A DNA stretch of 64,000 bases from Rhizobiaceae bacterium (GCA_040880025.1 JBBDJD010000007.1:64035-128034), one strand, 5' to 3'. Shown: positions 20,198-30,427, numbered from the stretch's first letter. The notes: generated from the letters alone by a model not told the origin. Numbers and translations are program-made.

Positions 20198-21055
20198 ATG
20201 AGACCATATCTGGAGAAGCTGCCGATCTTTCCCGATGCGTCGTGGAGTTACCTCAACCGCCGTCTTGACGACGGGATTCCGTTCCAGTGGCACCACCACC
20301 CCGAATACGAGCTTACACTGACGCTCAATTCGCGCGGCCAGCGCTTTATCGGCGATCATGTCGACGCCTATGGCGACGCCGACCTGGTGCTGGTCGGCCC
20401 GAACCTGCCGCATACATGGATGTCGCGGGAGAAACTCGACGCCGCGCAACCGCATATCGCGCTGGTGCTGTGGTTTCATCCCGACTGGGCGGCGCGGCTG
20501 ACGCAGGGCCTGCCCGAATTCCGCAACGTGCAGTCGCTGCTCGCGCGGGCCGGATGCGGCCTGAAGTTCTCCGAATCCGCCACAGATACGGTTCGCGCCG
20601 ATCATGAGGCGATCTTCGATCTGCCGCCGCCGGAGCGGCTGCTTTCGCTGTTGCGCATCCTCAACCGTCTGGCGGCCGACAAGGAGGCCCGGCCTTTGGC
20701 GAGCGTGCCGGTCCTGCAGCAGGGGGCGCCGGAAAGCCGCGAGCGGATCGACCGCGTGGTGACGCATATCCATATCAACTACACGGAGCAGATATCGCTG
20801 ACCGAACTCGCCGGCATCGCGGCACTGAGTGCGTCGGGACTGCACCGGCTTTTCGCCAGGCACATGCAGACCACCGTGAGCGACTACATCATGCGCATGC
20901 GCATCGGCGACGCATCGGCGCGGCTGTCCGGCACCGACCAGACGATAGGGTTCATTGCGGAAGCCGTCGGCTATCGCGCGCTGTCCAATTTCAACCGGCA
21001 ATTCCGCGCGCTCAAGGGCATGTCGCCGCGCGCCTATCGCCGATTGTTTCGATAA
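20198..21055 (+). CDS. AraC family regulator with cupin sensor domain
   Basis: WHHHPEYELTL N-terminal cupin; C-terminal GY..LSNFNRQF...GMSP. Confidence 0.93.
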   Translation: MRPYLEKLPIFPDASWSYLNRRLDDGIPFQWHHHPEYELTLTLNSRGQRFIGDHVDAYGDADLVLVGPNLPHTWMSREKLDAAQPHIALVLWFHPDWAARLTQGLPEFRNVQSLLARAGCGLKFSESATDTVRADHEAIFDLPPPERLLSLLRILNRLAADKEARPLASVPVLQQGAPESRERIDRVVTHIHINYTEQISLTELAGIAALSASGLHRLFARHMQTTVSDYIMRMRIGDASARLSGTDQTIGFIAEAVGYRALSNFNRQFRALKGMSPRAYRRLFR

Positions 21056-21137
21056 TCCGGCCCCGGTCGTCCAACCGTATTGCGCGGCGGCCGGACATCG
21101 TTCACGCTTGGGGCCGTGTCGAGCATGGGAGGTTGAG

Positions 21138-22328
21138 TTGAATATTCAGGGGAAGAATCCGGACCGCGTCGCGGTTCCGTTCGATGCGGATCACGCCGAC
21201 CGGCTGATGGAAGAGGCCGGCATCGACGTGCTGCTCGCCACCTCCAAGCACAACACGCAATATCTGCTCGGCGGGTACAGGTTCATCTTCTTCGTGGCGA
21301 TGGACGCGATCGGCCACAGCCGCTACCTGCCGGTCGTGGCGTATGAAAAGGGCCGGCCCGACCGCTCGGCCTATATCGGCAACCGGATGGAAGGCGGCGA
21401 GCACGAGAACCACCCGTTCTGGACGCCGACGCTGCACCCCGCGACATGGACGTCGCTGGAGGCGGCGGAACTTGCCGTCGGGCACATCAGGAAGATCGGC
21501 AAGGAGAATGCGCGCATCGGCATCGAACCCGGTTTCCTGCCGGCCGACGCCTACCAGTACATTACGGCCAAGCTGCCGAACGCGACCTTCGTCGACGCCA
21601 CCGGTATGCTGGAGCGGCTGCGCGCCATCAAGACGCCGGAAGAGCTGGCGCAGCTGAAGCATGCGTCGGAGATGATCACCGACTCCATGCAGGCGACGAT
21701 CGCCGCTTCGGGCGAGGGTTCCACCAAGGCGGAAATCATCGAGCGGCTGCGGCAGGAGGAGACGAAGCGCGGCCTGCATTTCGAGTATTGCCTGCTGACG
21801 CTGGGTTCCAGCCACAACCGGGCATCCTCGGGCCAGGCATGGAAGAAGGGCGAGGTGCTTTCGATCGATTCAGGCGGCAATTATCACGGCTATATCGGTG
21901 ACCTGTGCCGGATGGGCTTGCTTGGCGAGCCGGACGCCGAACTGGAGGATCTGCTGGCGGAGGTGGACACCGTTCAGCAGGCAGCGTTCTCGAAGGTGAA
22001 GGCCGGCGCCGCTGGCGGCGATCTCGTCACAGCCGGGCAGGAGCGGTTGAAGGGATCGTCGATTGCCCGCTTCACCGATTTCTTCGCACACGGCATGGGT
22101 GTGATCACGCATGAGGCGCCGTTCCTGATGACCAATCACCCGGTTACCTATGAAGGCGTCGATGCGGACCGCCCGCTGCAGGCCGGGATGGTGATCTCGG
22201 TCGAGACGACGATGCTTCACCCCAAGCGCGGCTTCATCAAGCTGGAAGACACGCTGGCGATCACCCAGAACGGCTACGAGATGTATGGCGAGCGCGGCCG
22301 CGGCTGGAACCGGGGCGGGACGGCTTAG
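21138..22328 (+). CDS. M24 (Xaa-Pro peptidase/creatinase-like) hydrolase
   Basis: LRAIKTPEE; metal ligands D(IDSG), D(GDLCR), H(HGMG), E(SVET), E(LEDT); TTG start with ggagg RBS. Confidence 0.85.
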   Translation: MNIQGKNPDRVAVPFDADHADRLMEEAGIDVLLATSKHNTQYLLGGYRFIFFVAMDAIGHSRYLPVVAYEKGRPDRSAYIGNRMEGGEHENHPFWTPTLHPATWTSLEAAELAVGHIRKIGKENARIGIEPGFLPADAYQYITAKLPNATFVDATGMLERLRAIKTPEELAQLKHASEMITDSMQATIAASGEGSTKAEIIERLRQEETKRGLHFEYCLLTLGSSHNRASSGQAWKKGEVLSIDSGGNYHGYIGDLCRMGLLGEPDAELEDLLAEVDTVQQAAFSKVKAGAAGGDLVTAGQERLKGSSIARFTDFFAHGMGVITHEAPFLMTNHPVTYEGVDADRPLQAGMVISVETTMLHPKRGFIKLEDTLAITQNGYEMYGERGRGWNRGGTA

Positions 22329-22343
22329 ATACGGGCCGATCTG

Positions 22344-23237
22344 TTACAGCCTGATCCGCCCGAACGGGTTCCAGCGCACGGTGCCGAGGCGGATGCGCTC
22401 GCGCGCTACTGTCAGCAGGCCGGAGCCGGCGATGACGGCGAGACCCGCGAGCGACCAGACGTCCGGCTGTTCGTTGAACAGCAGCGCGCCCAGCAGCACC
22501 GCCCAGGCGATCTGCGAGTAGTGCGTCGGCGCGAGTTGGTTGGCCGGTGCGAACTTGACCGCGCGCATCAGCAGGATGTGCCCGGCGGCGGCCCCGGCGC
22601 CCGCGACGAGCAGGATCAGCGCTTCGCGCCAGTCCGGCAAGTGGAATCTGGTCGCGGAGACCGCCGCCCCGTTGAACAGCACCCCGTAGACAATGAGATA
22701 GCCGAGGATCGTCGTGGTTCGCTCGCGCGGGGCGAGCGAGCGCATGAGGATGATGCTCGATGCGCTGAGCAGCGCCATCGTGAGCGCCGCGGCATGACCG
22801 AGTTCAAGCCCCCGGAATCCCGGCCGCACCACGAGCAGCACGCCGGCAAAGCCGATGGCCACGGCAGCCCAGCGCCAGCGCCCGATCTGTTCTTTCAGCA
22901 GGATCATCGACAGCAGCGTCACGAACAGCGGCGACAGGAAGGCCAGGGCATAGACCTCCGCGAGCGGGATCGTTGTGAAGGCGAACACGCCGATGACACT
23001 TGCAACGAGCCCGACGATTGCCCGCGTCTGCACTGCGACCGGGTACTTCATGCGCCAGAAATCGCGCCAGCCATGGCCGTCCGGCCGAGTCAGCAGAAGG
23101 AGCAGGCCGCCGGCGATCGACATCTGGAAAAAGCCGATCTCGAAGACGGTCATCGAGCCGCCGAGCGCCTTGATCGCGGCGTCGCTCCACGCATAGGTGG
23201 CGTAGGCGAACAGCGCCAGGAGAATGCCGTTTGTCAC
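22344..23237 (-). CDS. DMT/EamA family transporter
   Basis: About 10 TM segments, duplicated EamA repeat, FLSPLFV and PTHYSQI motifs; start uncertain (23237 GTG or 23270 ATG). Confidence 0.85.
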   Translation of the reverse strand: MTNGILLALFAYATYAWSDAAIKALGGSMTVFEIGFFQMSIAGGLLLLLTRPDGHGWRDFWRMKYPVAVQTRAIVGLVASVIGVFAFTTIPLAEVYALAFLSPLFVTLLSMILLKEQIGRWRWAAVAIGFAGVLLVVRPGFRGLELGHAAALTMALLSASSIILMRSLAPRERTTTILGYLIVYGVLFNGAAVSATRFHLPDWREALILLVAGAGAAAGHILLMRAVKFAPANQLAPTHYSQIAWAVLLGALLFNEQPDVWSLAGLAVIAGSGLLTVARERIRLGTVRWNPFGRIRL

Positions 23238-23363
23238 TTGAAGTTGTCCCGCAACGAAAGCACCGCCCATGTGGACGGCGCGAATCGGATCACAGCCGTT
23301 GGTCTGTTGGCCGCTTAGCCGAAATCGAACCCGCTTGCATCCGGCTTTCGTTAGGGATCGGCT

Positions 23364-23780
23364 TCAGCCTCTCGGCGGGATCAGCCTGAAATCGGGCAGG
23401 TCGCGCAACGCCTGTTCCGGGCCGGCTGGCGAATAGACCACGAAGAGCTGCATCGGTCCTGCGCCGGTGTTCAGCGTCGAGTGATAGCGACTTTCGGGCA
23501 CATAGACGGTACAGCCAGGGCCGACCTTTTGCGTGACAGGGTTGCCGTTCTCGTCCTCCACCATCTGCTCGCCCTCTCCGGAAATCACGAAGATGATCTC
23601 TTCGGCGCCCGGATGGTTGTGCCGTTCATGGCCCTGGCCCGGCTTCACGTCGACGACGCCGCCGGAGAAGCGCTGTGCGCCGTTGACCTCCGGCGCGACG
23701 GTGAGCGAAAGGCGGCCCCAGTCGAAGCCGAACGCGCTCACATCCTTCGGATAAACGAACTTTTCTCCTTCGCCGCTCAT
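23364..23780 (-). CDS. Cupin domain protein
   Basis: GHERHNHPGAEE...YVPESRYHSTLN cupin motifs 1 and 2. Confidence 0.9.
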   Translation of the reverse strand: MSGEGEKFVYPKDVSAFGFDWGRLSLTVAPEVNGAQRFSGGVVDVKPGQGHERHNHPGAEEIIFVISGEGEQMVEDENGNPVTQKVGPGCTVYVPESRYHSTLNTGAGPMQLFVVYSPAGPEQALRDLPDFRLIPPRG

Positions 23781-23792
23781 GTTTTCCTCCCG

Positions 23793-24632
23793 CTATCTGG
23801 TCTTGATCGGCAGTTTCTTGAAATCGGTGGTCTGGTCGCGGATCGCGGCTTCGGCCGGCAGCCGCTCCATCGAGCTTGCCCCGTAGAAGCCGTGGCAGAC
23901 CGCGCAATGGTCGAGAATGTAGCGCGCGTCGTCGGGCATCGAGATCGGTCCGCCGTGGCAGATGACCATGACGTCCTCGCGCACGGAGCGCGCGGCCTCC
24001 GATATCGCATCGATCTCGGCAACGCAGCTGTCGAGCGTCTTGGCCGAAGTCGCGCCGATCGAGCCGCCGGTGGTGACACCCATATGAGCGACGATGATAT
24101 CGGCGCCGGCTTTCGTCATCGCCTTCGCTTCGTCGGCATTGAAGACGTAGGGCGTGGTCAAAAGGTCAAGCTCGTGGGCGGCGGCGATCATGTCGACCTC
24201 GAGCCCATAGCCCATGCCGGTCTCCTCGAAAGCGGTGCGCATCGTGCCGTCGAACAGGCCGATTGTCGGAAAGTTCTGCACGCCGGAGAAGCCCATCTCT
24301 TTCAGCTCGGCCAGGAATTGCGGCATCAAGACGAAAGGATCGGTGCCGTTGACGCCGGCGAGCACCGGCGTGTTCTTGACCACCGGCAGTACCTCGACCG
24401 CCATCTCCTTCACGATCTCGTTGGCGTTGCCATAGGCAAGCAGCCCGGCGGCCGAGCCGCGGCCCGCCATGCGGTAGCGGCCGGAATTGTAGATCACGAT
24501 GAGGTCGATGCCGCCGGCTTCCTCGGCCTTGGCCGACAGGCCGGTGCCCGCGCCGCCGCCGACGATCGGAACGCCTTCCGCTATCATGGCGCGGAAGCGT
24601 TCGAGGATTTTCTTGCGCGGGATCGCGGGCAT
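23793..24632 (-). CDS. TIM-barrel 'phosphoenolpyruvate hydrolase-like'/TBST family protein (homologous to the Tm-1 C-terminal region)
   Basis: GAGTGLSAK...[38 protein letters not shown]. Confidence 0.88.
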   Translation of the reverse strand: MPAIPRKKILERFRAMIAEGVPIVGGGAGTGLSAKAEEAGGIDLIVIYNSGRYRMAGRGSAAGLLAYGNANEIVKEMAVEVLPVVKNTPVLAGVNGTDPFVLMPQFLAELKEMGFSGVQNFPTIGLFDGTMRTAFEETGMGYGLEVDMIAAAHELDLLTTPYVFNADEAKAMTKAGADIIVAHMGVTTGGSIGATSAKTLDSCVAEIDAISEAARSVREDVMVICHGGPISMPDDARYILDHCAVCHGFYGASSMERLPAEAAIRDQTTDFKKLPIKTR

Positions 24633-24640
24633 TCAGGCTC

Positions 24641-25837
24641 TCACTGTATTGCGATTTCGAGGAAGGCGGCCACTGCCGCCCGAGCGAATTCCGGGTCATT
24701 GACGTGCAGCGGCAGGCGGACGATGCGGCGATCGTCTGTCTTCCTCGCGGTGGCCTCAAGCGCATCGAACAGGGCTGCGTCGGCGACAGGGTCGAAGAAC
24801 GCGCCGCCTTCGACATCGAGCGCCGATACACCCTTTTCCGGGATCAGGAATCGCACCGGCCCGTCGCAGGCGTTGAGCTTTGATCCAATCCACTCGCCGA
24901 TGTCGCGGCACTCGTCCGCCGTGGTCCGCATCAGCGTGACGTTGGGATTGTGCTTGTAGAGATTGCGGTCTTGGTAGCGCTGGGGAATCGTGTCCGGCGC
25001 CCAAAAATTGACCATGTCGAGAGCACCGGCCGAGCCGACATAAGGAATGCGCGTACGGGCGATGGCTCCAAAGCGGTCTTCGGTCGCGGGCAGCACGCCA
25101 CCCAACAGGAAGTCGCAGACCTCCGTTGTCGTGATGTCGATGACGCCCGTCAGCATGGCGCCGTCGGCGAGCTTCTCCATCGTGCGGCCACCGGCGCCGG
25201 TGGCGTGAAAAACCATGCAGTCGTAGTCCCCGCGGAGCTGCTCCGCGATGGCGGTCACGCAGGGTGTGGTGACCCCAAACATCGTCAGCCCGATCGCCGG
25301 CTTGTCCTCGGTCTTCGGAGCCGGATTCGCAGCCATCGCCGCGATCGCCTGGCCGGCATTGTGCAGGATGACGCGACTCAGTCGGTTCAAGCCCGCGATG
25401 TCGGTCACCGACGGCATCATGACGATGTCGGAGACGTCGACATAAGGCGCGGTGTCGCCGGAGGCGAGGGTCGAGACCATGATCTTGGGAACGCCGTAGG
25501 GCAGGCGGCGCATGCCGGCGGTTATGATTGCCGTGCCGCCGCCGCCGCCCAGTCCGATCATGCCTGCAATATCATTACGGGAGGCGGCGAAACTGGAAAA
25601 GGCCTCCGACATGGCCGCGACGGCCGCGCCGCGATCGTCAGTCCCGAGCGCTGCATCCGCCCCTTTGGGATGATGCCCCGCCACCTCGCCGGCGCCGATA
25701 TCGACCGGTATCGCCGGCGTGCGCGTACCGACGTCGACGAGCAGCGGATCGCCGCCCGCGGCGCGTATGACGCCGGCAAGATAGGCCAATTCCTCGCCTT
25801 TGGTGTCGGCAGTGCCGACGACGTAGATGCGCGCCAT
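24641..25837 (-). CDS. Tm-1-like ATP-binding domain protein (UPF0261)
   Basis: GTADTKGEE, GGGGT, FGVTTPCV, FHATGAGG, ALDMVNF, HVNDPEFA. Confidence 0.9.
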   Translation of the reverse strand: MARIYVVGTADTKGEELAYLAGVIRAAGGDPLLVDVGTRTPAIPVDIGAGEVAGHHPKGADAALGTDDRGAAVAAMSEAFSSFAASRNDIAGMIGLGGGGGTAIITAGMRRLPYGVPKIMVSTLASGDTAPYVDVSDIVMMPSVTDIAGLNRLSRVILHNAGQAIAAMAANPAPKTEDKPAIGLTMFGVTTPCVTAIAEQLRGDYDCMVFHATGAGGRTMEKLADGAMLTGVIDITTTEVCDFLLGGVLPATEDRFGAIARTRIPYVGSAGALDMVNFWAPDTIPQRYQDRNLYKHNPNVTLMRTTADECRDIGEWIGSKLNACDGPVRFLIPEKGVSALDVEGGAFFDPVADAALFDALEATARKTDDRRIVRLPLHVNDPEFARAAVAAFLEIAIQ

Positions 25838-25862
25838 TCCTCCTCCACCGCCGCAGCGCCGT

Positions 25863-25899
25863 CACGAAAGGCATTGCAATTTCGTGAGACGCGCGTATC
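25863..25899. promoter_or_regulatory. Candidate TetR operator(s)
   Basis: CACGAAA-N10-TTTCGTG and near-palindrome GAGAC-GCGC-GTATC in the 70-bp divergent gap. Confidence 0.4.
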
Positions 25900-25907
25900 G
25901 TATTGAT

Positions 25908-26540
25908 ATGGATGTCTCACGTCAACAACATGCGGAGGAAGCCCAGCGGGGGCCGCGGGCCAGGACGCGCCGGCTGATGCTGGAGACTGCGACACGTCTC
26001 ATGCAGGACGGCAAGACGCCCTCTGTGAGCGAAGTGGCGGAGGCGGCGGAAGTGTCACGTGCGACGGCTTACCGCTACTTCCCCAGCCAGGCGGCTCTGG
26101 TTCACGCCGTGGTCGACGAGGCATTGGGGCCGATCCTGACCTGGAGTTCCGCATCGAGTGATGCCGGCGAGCGGGTCGAAGACCTGTTCCGCAGTTCGAT
26201 GCCGCGCATAGGCGAATTCGAGGCCACGTTTCGCGCCGCGCTGAAACTGTCGCTCGAACAGGCGGCGCAGGGCGATGGAGGAGCGGAACCCGAACCCAGA
26301 TTCACGCGCGGCCATCGAGTCGATCTTTTGAGAGATGCGCTGCGTCCGCTGCGGGGCGCTATGCCGCCGAAACAAGTCGACCGGCTGGCTCAAGCGCTGT
26401 CGCTGCTGTTCGGCGTCGAAGCGCTGATCGTGCTGAAGGACATATGGGGCATGGACGAACGGCAGGCCTATTCGGTGGCGGAATGGGCCGCGTTGTCGCT
26501 CGTTCAGGCTGCCACGGCAGGAGGACAGGGCAGCGTATAG
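25908..26540 (+). CDS. TetR/AcrR family regulator
   Basis: SVSEVAEAAEVSRATAYRYFPS HTH. Confidence 0.92.
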   Translation: MDVSRQQHAEEAQRGPRARTRRLMLETATRLMQDGKTPSVSEVAEAAEVSRATAYRYFPSQAALVHAVVDEALGPILTWSSASSDAGERVEDLFRSSMPRIGEFEATFRAALKLSLEQAAQGDGGAEPEPRFTRGHRVDLLRDALRPLRGAMPPKQVDRLAQALSLLFGVEALIVLKDIWGMDERQAYSVAEWAALSLVQAATAGGQGSV

Positions 26541-26551
26541 GTCAAATCTCC

Positions 26552-26568
26552 ATCTGGTTAGACCAGAT
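26552..26568. promoter_or_regulatory. FadR/GntR-type operator A1
   Basis: ATCTGGT-TAG-ACCAGAT palindrome; its 12-nt core CTGGTTAGACCA recurs at 39138-39149. Confidence 0.7.
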
Positions 26569-26715
26569 CAATTGAGTTTATGTGCGATGCGGACCGAAGC
26601 CGGTGACGCATGGCAGGGGTATCTTGCCGACATTTCTCTTGGGAAAATCGTTTGAAATGTCGATAATCCCGGTGAAGTGAAGCGAAAAACCGAAAGGCGA
26701 ATCGTAGAGAAGGGC

Positions 26716-26748
26716 CTTGACGAAGCTTTGAGTTTGGTAATACCAGAT
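26716..26748 (+). promoter_or_regulatory. Sigma70-type promoter overlapped by operator B1
   Basis: CTTGAC followed by TTTGGTAATACCAGAT (26733-26748), which is 15/16 identical to 39315-39330. Confidence 0.65.
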
Positions 26749-26905
26749 TGGAAGTGGAGGCCGTGGAGGTAAGGGCCGGCATCACGATCTGGATGCGGAA
26801 TTTGGAAACAGGGTGCGACCGGAACCCAGACAGGGTCCGGCAGCGCCCGCAAGAGGCGCCATGCCGGCCGACGCGCTGGCGGAGTGCAAAACGGGAGGAA
26901 TGAAC

Positions 26906-28216
26906 ATGCGCAAGAAACTGACCGGTCTCGTGGCCGGACTAGCCTTTACGCTTGCCTGCGGAACCTCGGCGTTCGCGCAGGAGCTGACAATCTTCTGGGC
27001 CGAATGGGATCCCGCCAACTACCTGCAGGAACTCGTGAACGAGTATGAAGCCGAAACCGGCGTGAAGGTCACGGTGGAAACCACCCCGTGGTCGGACTTC
27101 CAGACGAAGGCATTCACCGAGTTCAACGCGCGGGGTTCCGCGTACGACATGGTTGTCGGCGATTCGCAGTGGATCGGCGCGGCTTCCGAATCTGGCCACT
27201 ATGTCGACCTGACCGACTTCTTCAACCAGCACAATCTGACCGAAGTCATGGCCCCGGCAACGGTCAAGTACTACGCCGAGTATCCATCGAACTCGGGCAA
27301 ATACTGGTCGATCCCGGCCGAGGGCGACGCGGTTGGCTGGTCCTATCGCAAGGACTGGTTCGAGGACCCGAAGGAGATGGAAGCGTTCAAGGCCAAGTAT
27401 GGCTACGATCTCGCCGTGCCGAAGACCTGGGCCGAGATGCGCGACATCGCGGAGTTCTTCCACCGTCCGGACGACAACCGCTACGGCATCGCCATCTACA
27501 CCGACAACTCCTATGACGGTCTGGTGATGGGCGTCGAGAACGCCATCTTCTCCTATGGCGGCGAGCTTGGAAACTACGAGACCTACGAGGTCGACGGCAT
27601 CATCAATTCGGAAGAGAACGTCAAGGCGCTCGAGATGTATCGCGAGCTCTACGGCTTTACCCCTCCGGGCTGGGCCAAGACCTTCTTCGTCGAGAACAAC
27701 CAGGCGATCACCGAGAACCTGGCTGCGATGAGCATGAACTACTTCGCCTTCTTTCCCGCGCTGGTGAACGAGGCGTCCAACCCCAATGCCGCGAATACCG
27801 GCTTCTTCGCCAATCCGGCGGGTCCGGGCGGCGACCAGTTCGCCGCACTCGGCGGTCAGGGCATCTCGATCGTGTCCTATTCGGAGAACCAGGAAGAGTC
27901 CTTCAAGTTCCTCGAATGGTTCATCAAGGACGATGTCCAGAAGCGCTGGGCGGAACTCGGCGGCTACACGGCGAGCGCCGCCGTGCTGGAATCGGATGAA
28001 TTCCAGAACGCAACGCCGTACAACAAGGCCTTCTACGAGACCATGTTCAAGGTGAAGGACTTCTGGGCGACGCCGGAATATGCCGAGCTGCTGATCCAGA
28101 TGAACCAGCGCATCTATCCGTTCATCACGGCGGGCGAAGGCTCGGCCAAGGAGTCGCTGGACGCGCTTGCCGCGGACTGGAAGGCGACGTTCGAGAAGTA
28201 CAACCGTTACGAGTAG
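26906..28216 (+). CDS. CUT1 sugar ABC transporter substrate-binding protein
   Basis: Signal peptide; SBP_bac_1-like pattern (YDMVVGDSQW, YRKDWF, PKTWAE); heads a permease/ATPase operon. Confidence 0.92.
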   Translation: MRKKLTGLVAGLAFTLACGTSAFAQELTIFWAEWDPANYLQELVNEYEAETGVKVTVETTPWSDFQTKAFTEFNARGSAYDMVVGDSQWIGAASESGHYVDLTDFFNQHNLTEVMAPATVKYYAEYPSNSGKYWSIPAEGDAVGWSYRKDWFEDPKEMEAFKAKYGYDLAVPKTWAEMRDIAEFFHRPDDNRYGIAIYTDNSYDGLVMGVENAIFSYGGELGNYETYEVDGIINSEENVKALEMYRELYGFTPPGWAKTFFVENNQAITENLAAMSMNYFAFFPALVNEASNPNAANTGFFANPAGPGGDQFAALGGQGISIVSYSENQEESFKFLEWFIKDDVQKRWAELGGYTASAAVLESDEFQNATPYNKAFYETMFKVKDFWATPEYAELLIQMNQRIYPFITAGEGSAKESLDALAADWKATFEKYNRYE

Positions 28217-28306
28217 CGGGGGCAATCTGCGAGGGGGCGGCAGTTTGCTGCCCCCTTGCTTCATTCTGCGGGCCATGCCCGTCATCGGCAAGGGAAGGAG
28301 TAGGGT

Positions 28307-29212
28307 TTGGCCAGCTTGGCTATGACGACGCTGGATCCGCGCTCGCGCGCCGCACGGCGCGGATGGAGCGACCTGACGATCCGCAACGCGTTCATTATCC
28401 CCACGATCGTCTTCCTGATCGTCTTCAATATTTTCCCGCTGCTTTATTCGCTCGGATACTCCTTCACGGATTTCCGCGCCTCGAGCAACGCGCCGGCCAA
28501 TTTCGTCGGGCTCGCGAACTACAAGGCGCTGCTCAACGACCCCTTCATCTGGCGCAACTTCGCGATCACGGCGAAATACGTGATCGTGTCGGTGGCCGGG
28601 CAGGTGGTCGTCGGCTTCGGCGTCGCGATGCTGCTCAACAGGACGATCCCCTTCAAGGGACTGATCACTACACTTCTGCTTTTGCCGATGATGCTGTCCA
28701 TGGCCGTGGTCGGGCTGTTCTGGAAACTGCTCTACGATCCGTCCTTCGGCATCATCAATTATGCGCTAGGCCTCGGCCGTTTCGAATGGCTGTCCAACCC
28801 GGACATGGCGCTCTACGCGGTGGCGATCACCGACATCTGGATGTGGTCGCCCTTCGTGATGCTGCTTTCGCTGGCCGGCCTTTCGGCCGTGCCCAAGCAT
28901 CTCTACGAGGCGGCGGCGATTGACCGGGCGGGGACGTATTACACCTTCTTCCGCATCACGCTGCCGCTGGTGGCGCCGATCCTGATGATCGCGATCATCT
29001 TCCGCACAATGGAAGCGTTCAAGACGTTCGACCTCGCCTACATCCTGACCAGCCAGCCGACCACCGAGGTTATTTCCATCCGGCTCTACAAGATGGCCTT
29101 CCAGGAGTGGCAGACCGGCATGTCGTGCGCACTGGCCTACATCATGCTGATCATGGTCGTGGCGATCACCAACATCTACGTGAAGTACCTGAACAAGGTG
29201 AAGGAGCGCTGA
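28307..29212 (+). CDS. Sugar ABC permease (MalF-like)
   Basis: NFVGLANY, EAAAID..FFRITLP EAA motif. Confidence 0.93.
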   Translation: MASLAMTTLDPRSRAARRGWSDLTIRNAFIIPTIVFLIVFNIFPLLYSLGYSFTDFRASSNAPANFVGLANYKALLNDPFIWRNFAITAKYVIVSVAGQVVVGFGVAMLLNRTIPFKGLITTLLLLPMMLSMAVVGLFWKLLYDPSFGIINYALGLGRFEWLSNPDMALYAVAITDIWMWSPFVMLLSLAGLSAVPKHLYEAAAIDRAGTYYTFFRITLPLVAPILMIAIIFRTMEAFKTFDLAYILTSQPTTEVISIRLYKMAFQEWQTGMSCALAYIMLIMVVAITNIYVKYLNKVKER

Positions 29213-29213
29213 G

Positions 29214-30173
29214 GTGGCTGCAGTAAGGACAACCTCCGAAGTCGCGCTCAACAGGCTGGCGATTGTCGCTGTCCTGGTCGTGACCATTATCTTCCTGGCG
29301 CCGATCTATTGGATCACCGCGACGGCATTCAAGCCCCGGAACCTCGCCACGACGATCCCCCCAACGGTCATGTTCGAGCCGGAGATATCGCCGTTCGTGA
29401 AGCTGTTCCTTCGGCGATCGCAGTTGCGCGAGCAGCCGACGGCGGAAGAATACGAGGCGGCGCCGTGGTGGGAACGCCTGGTGTTCGACGGCGGTGAGAA
29501 GGTTGTGCGTGACGGCAGGGGCGAGGTCCAGCTGTCCGGCTATCCGGACCGCTTCACCAATTCGCTGATCGTTGCGGTTGTGTCGACGGTGCTCGCCGTC
29601 GGCATGGGGACCTTGACCGCCTACGGCTTCTCGCGATTCAAGGTGGCGGGCGAACAGGACTGGCTGTTCTTCATATTATCGACGCGAATGCTGCCACCCG
29701 TCGTGGTGGCGATTCCGATGTTTCTGATGTACCGGGTGTTCGGCCTGAACGACACCCATATCGGGCTGATCATTCTCTATACGGCATTCAACATTTCCTT
29801 CTCGGTCTGGCTGATGAAGGGCTTCATCGACGAGATCCCCAAGGAGTACGAGGAAGCGGCACTTGTCGACGGCTATACGCGCATGCAGGCCTTCTTCAAG
29901 GTGGTGCTGCCGGAGGCCGCTACAGGCATCGCGGCAACCGCCGTCTTCTGCTTCATCATCGCCTGGAACGAATATGCCTTCGCGCTGATCATGACCAACA
30001 GGCGCGCGCAGACGGCGCCACCCTTCATTCCAAGTCAGGTCGGCTCGGGTCTGCCTGACTGGACGGTCATTGCGGCCGGCACCTTCCTGTTCCTGCTGCC
30101 GGTGGCCATCTTCACATTCCTCCTGCGCAACCATCTGCTCAGGGGCATGAGCTTCGGAGCAATCCGCAAATGA
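29214..30173 (+). CDS. Sugar ABC permease (MalG-like)
   Basis: EEAALVDG EAA motif, WNEYAFA. Confidence 0.93.
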   Translation: MAAVRTTSEVALNRLAIVAVLVVTIIFLAPIYWITATAFKPRNLATTIPPTVMFEPEISPFVKLFLRRSQLREQPTAEEYEAAPWWERLVFDGGEKVVRDGRGEVQLSGYPDRFTNSLIVAVVSTVLAVGMGTLTAYGFSRFKVAGEQDWLFFILSTRMLPPVVVAIPMFLMYRVFGLNDTHIGLIILYTAFNISFSVWLMKGFIDEIPKEYEEAALVDGYTRMQAFFKVVLPEAATGIAATAVFCFIIAWNEYAFALIMTNRRAQTAPPFIPSQVGSGLPDWTVIAAGTFLFLLPVAIFTFLLRNHLLRGMSFGAIRK

Positions 30174-30427
30174 GTTTCCGCGAACTCAACCGCCGCTTTC
30201 TCGAACCGGGCTCCATGTGGGTGATGATTTTCGGCATCGTGGCTTTGTGCCAGCCGTGGAACTTCCTGCTGCACCGTTACGGCGTCACCATCATCATCGT
30301 CGGCCTGATCGGATTCATCATCACATCGCATATCGGACCCGGCTCGGTCGGCGCCGAGGACGATGTGGAAGACGAGGCGTTCGACGTCTCCGACCACCGC
30401 GAGGGCAAGGCCGGGGGTCGCACATGA
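30170..30427 (+). CDS. Small two-TM membrane protein with acidic tail
   Basis: ATGA overlaps on both sides; hydrophobic core and EDDVEDE tail. Confidence 0.75.
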   Translation: MSFRELNRRFLEPGSMWVMIFGIVALCQPWNFLLHRYGVTIIIVGLIGFIITSHIGPGSVGAEDDVEDEAFDVSDHREGKAGGRT

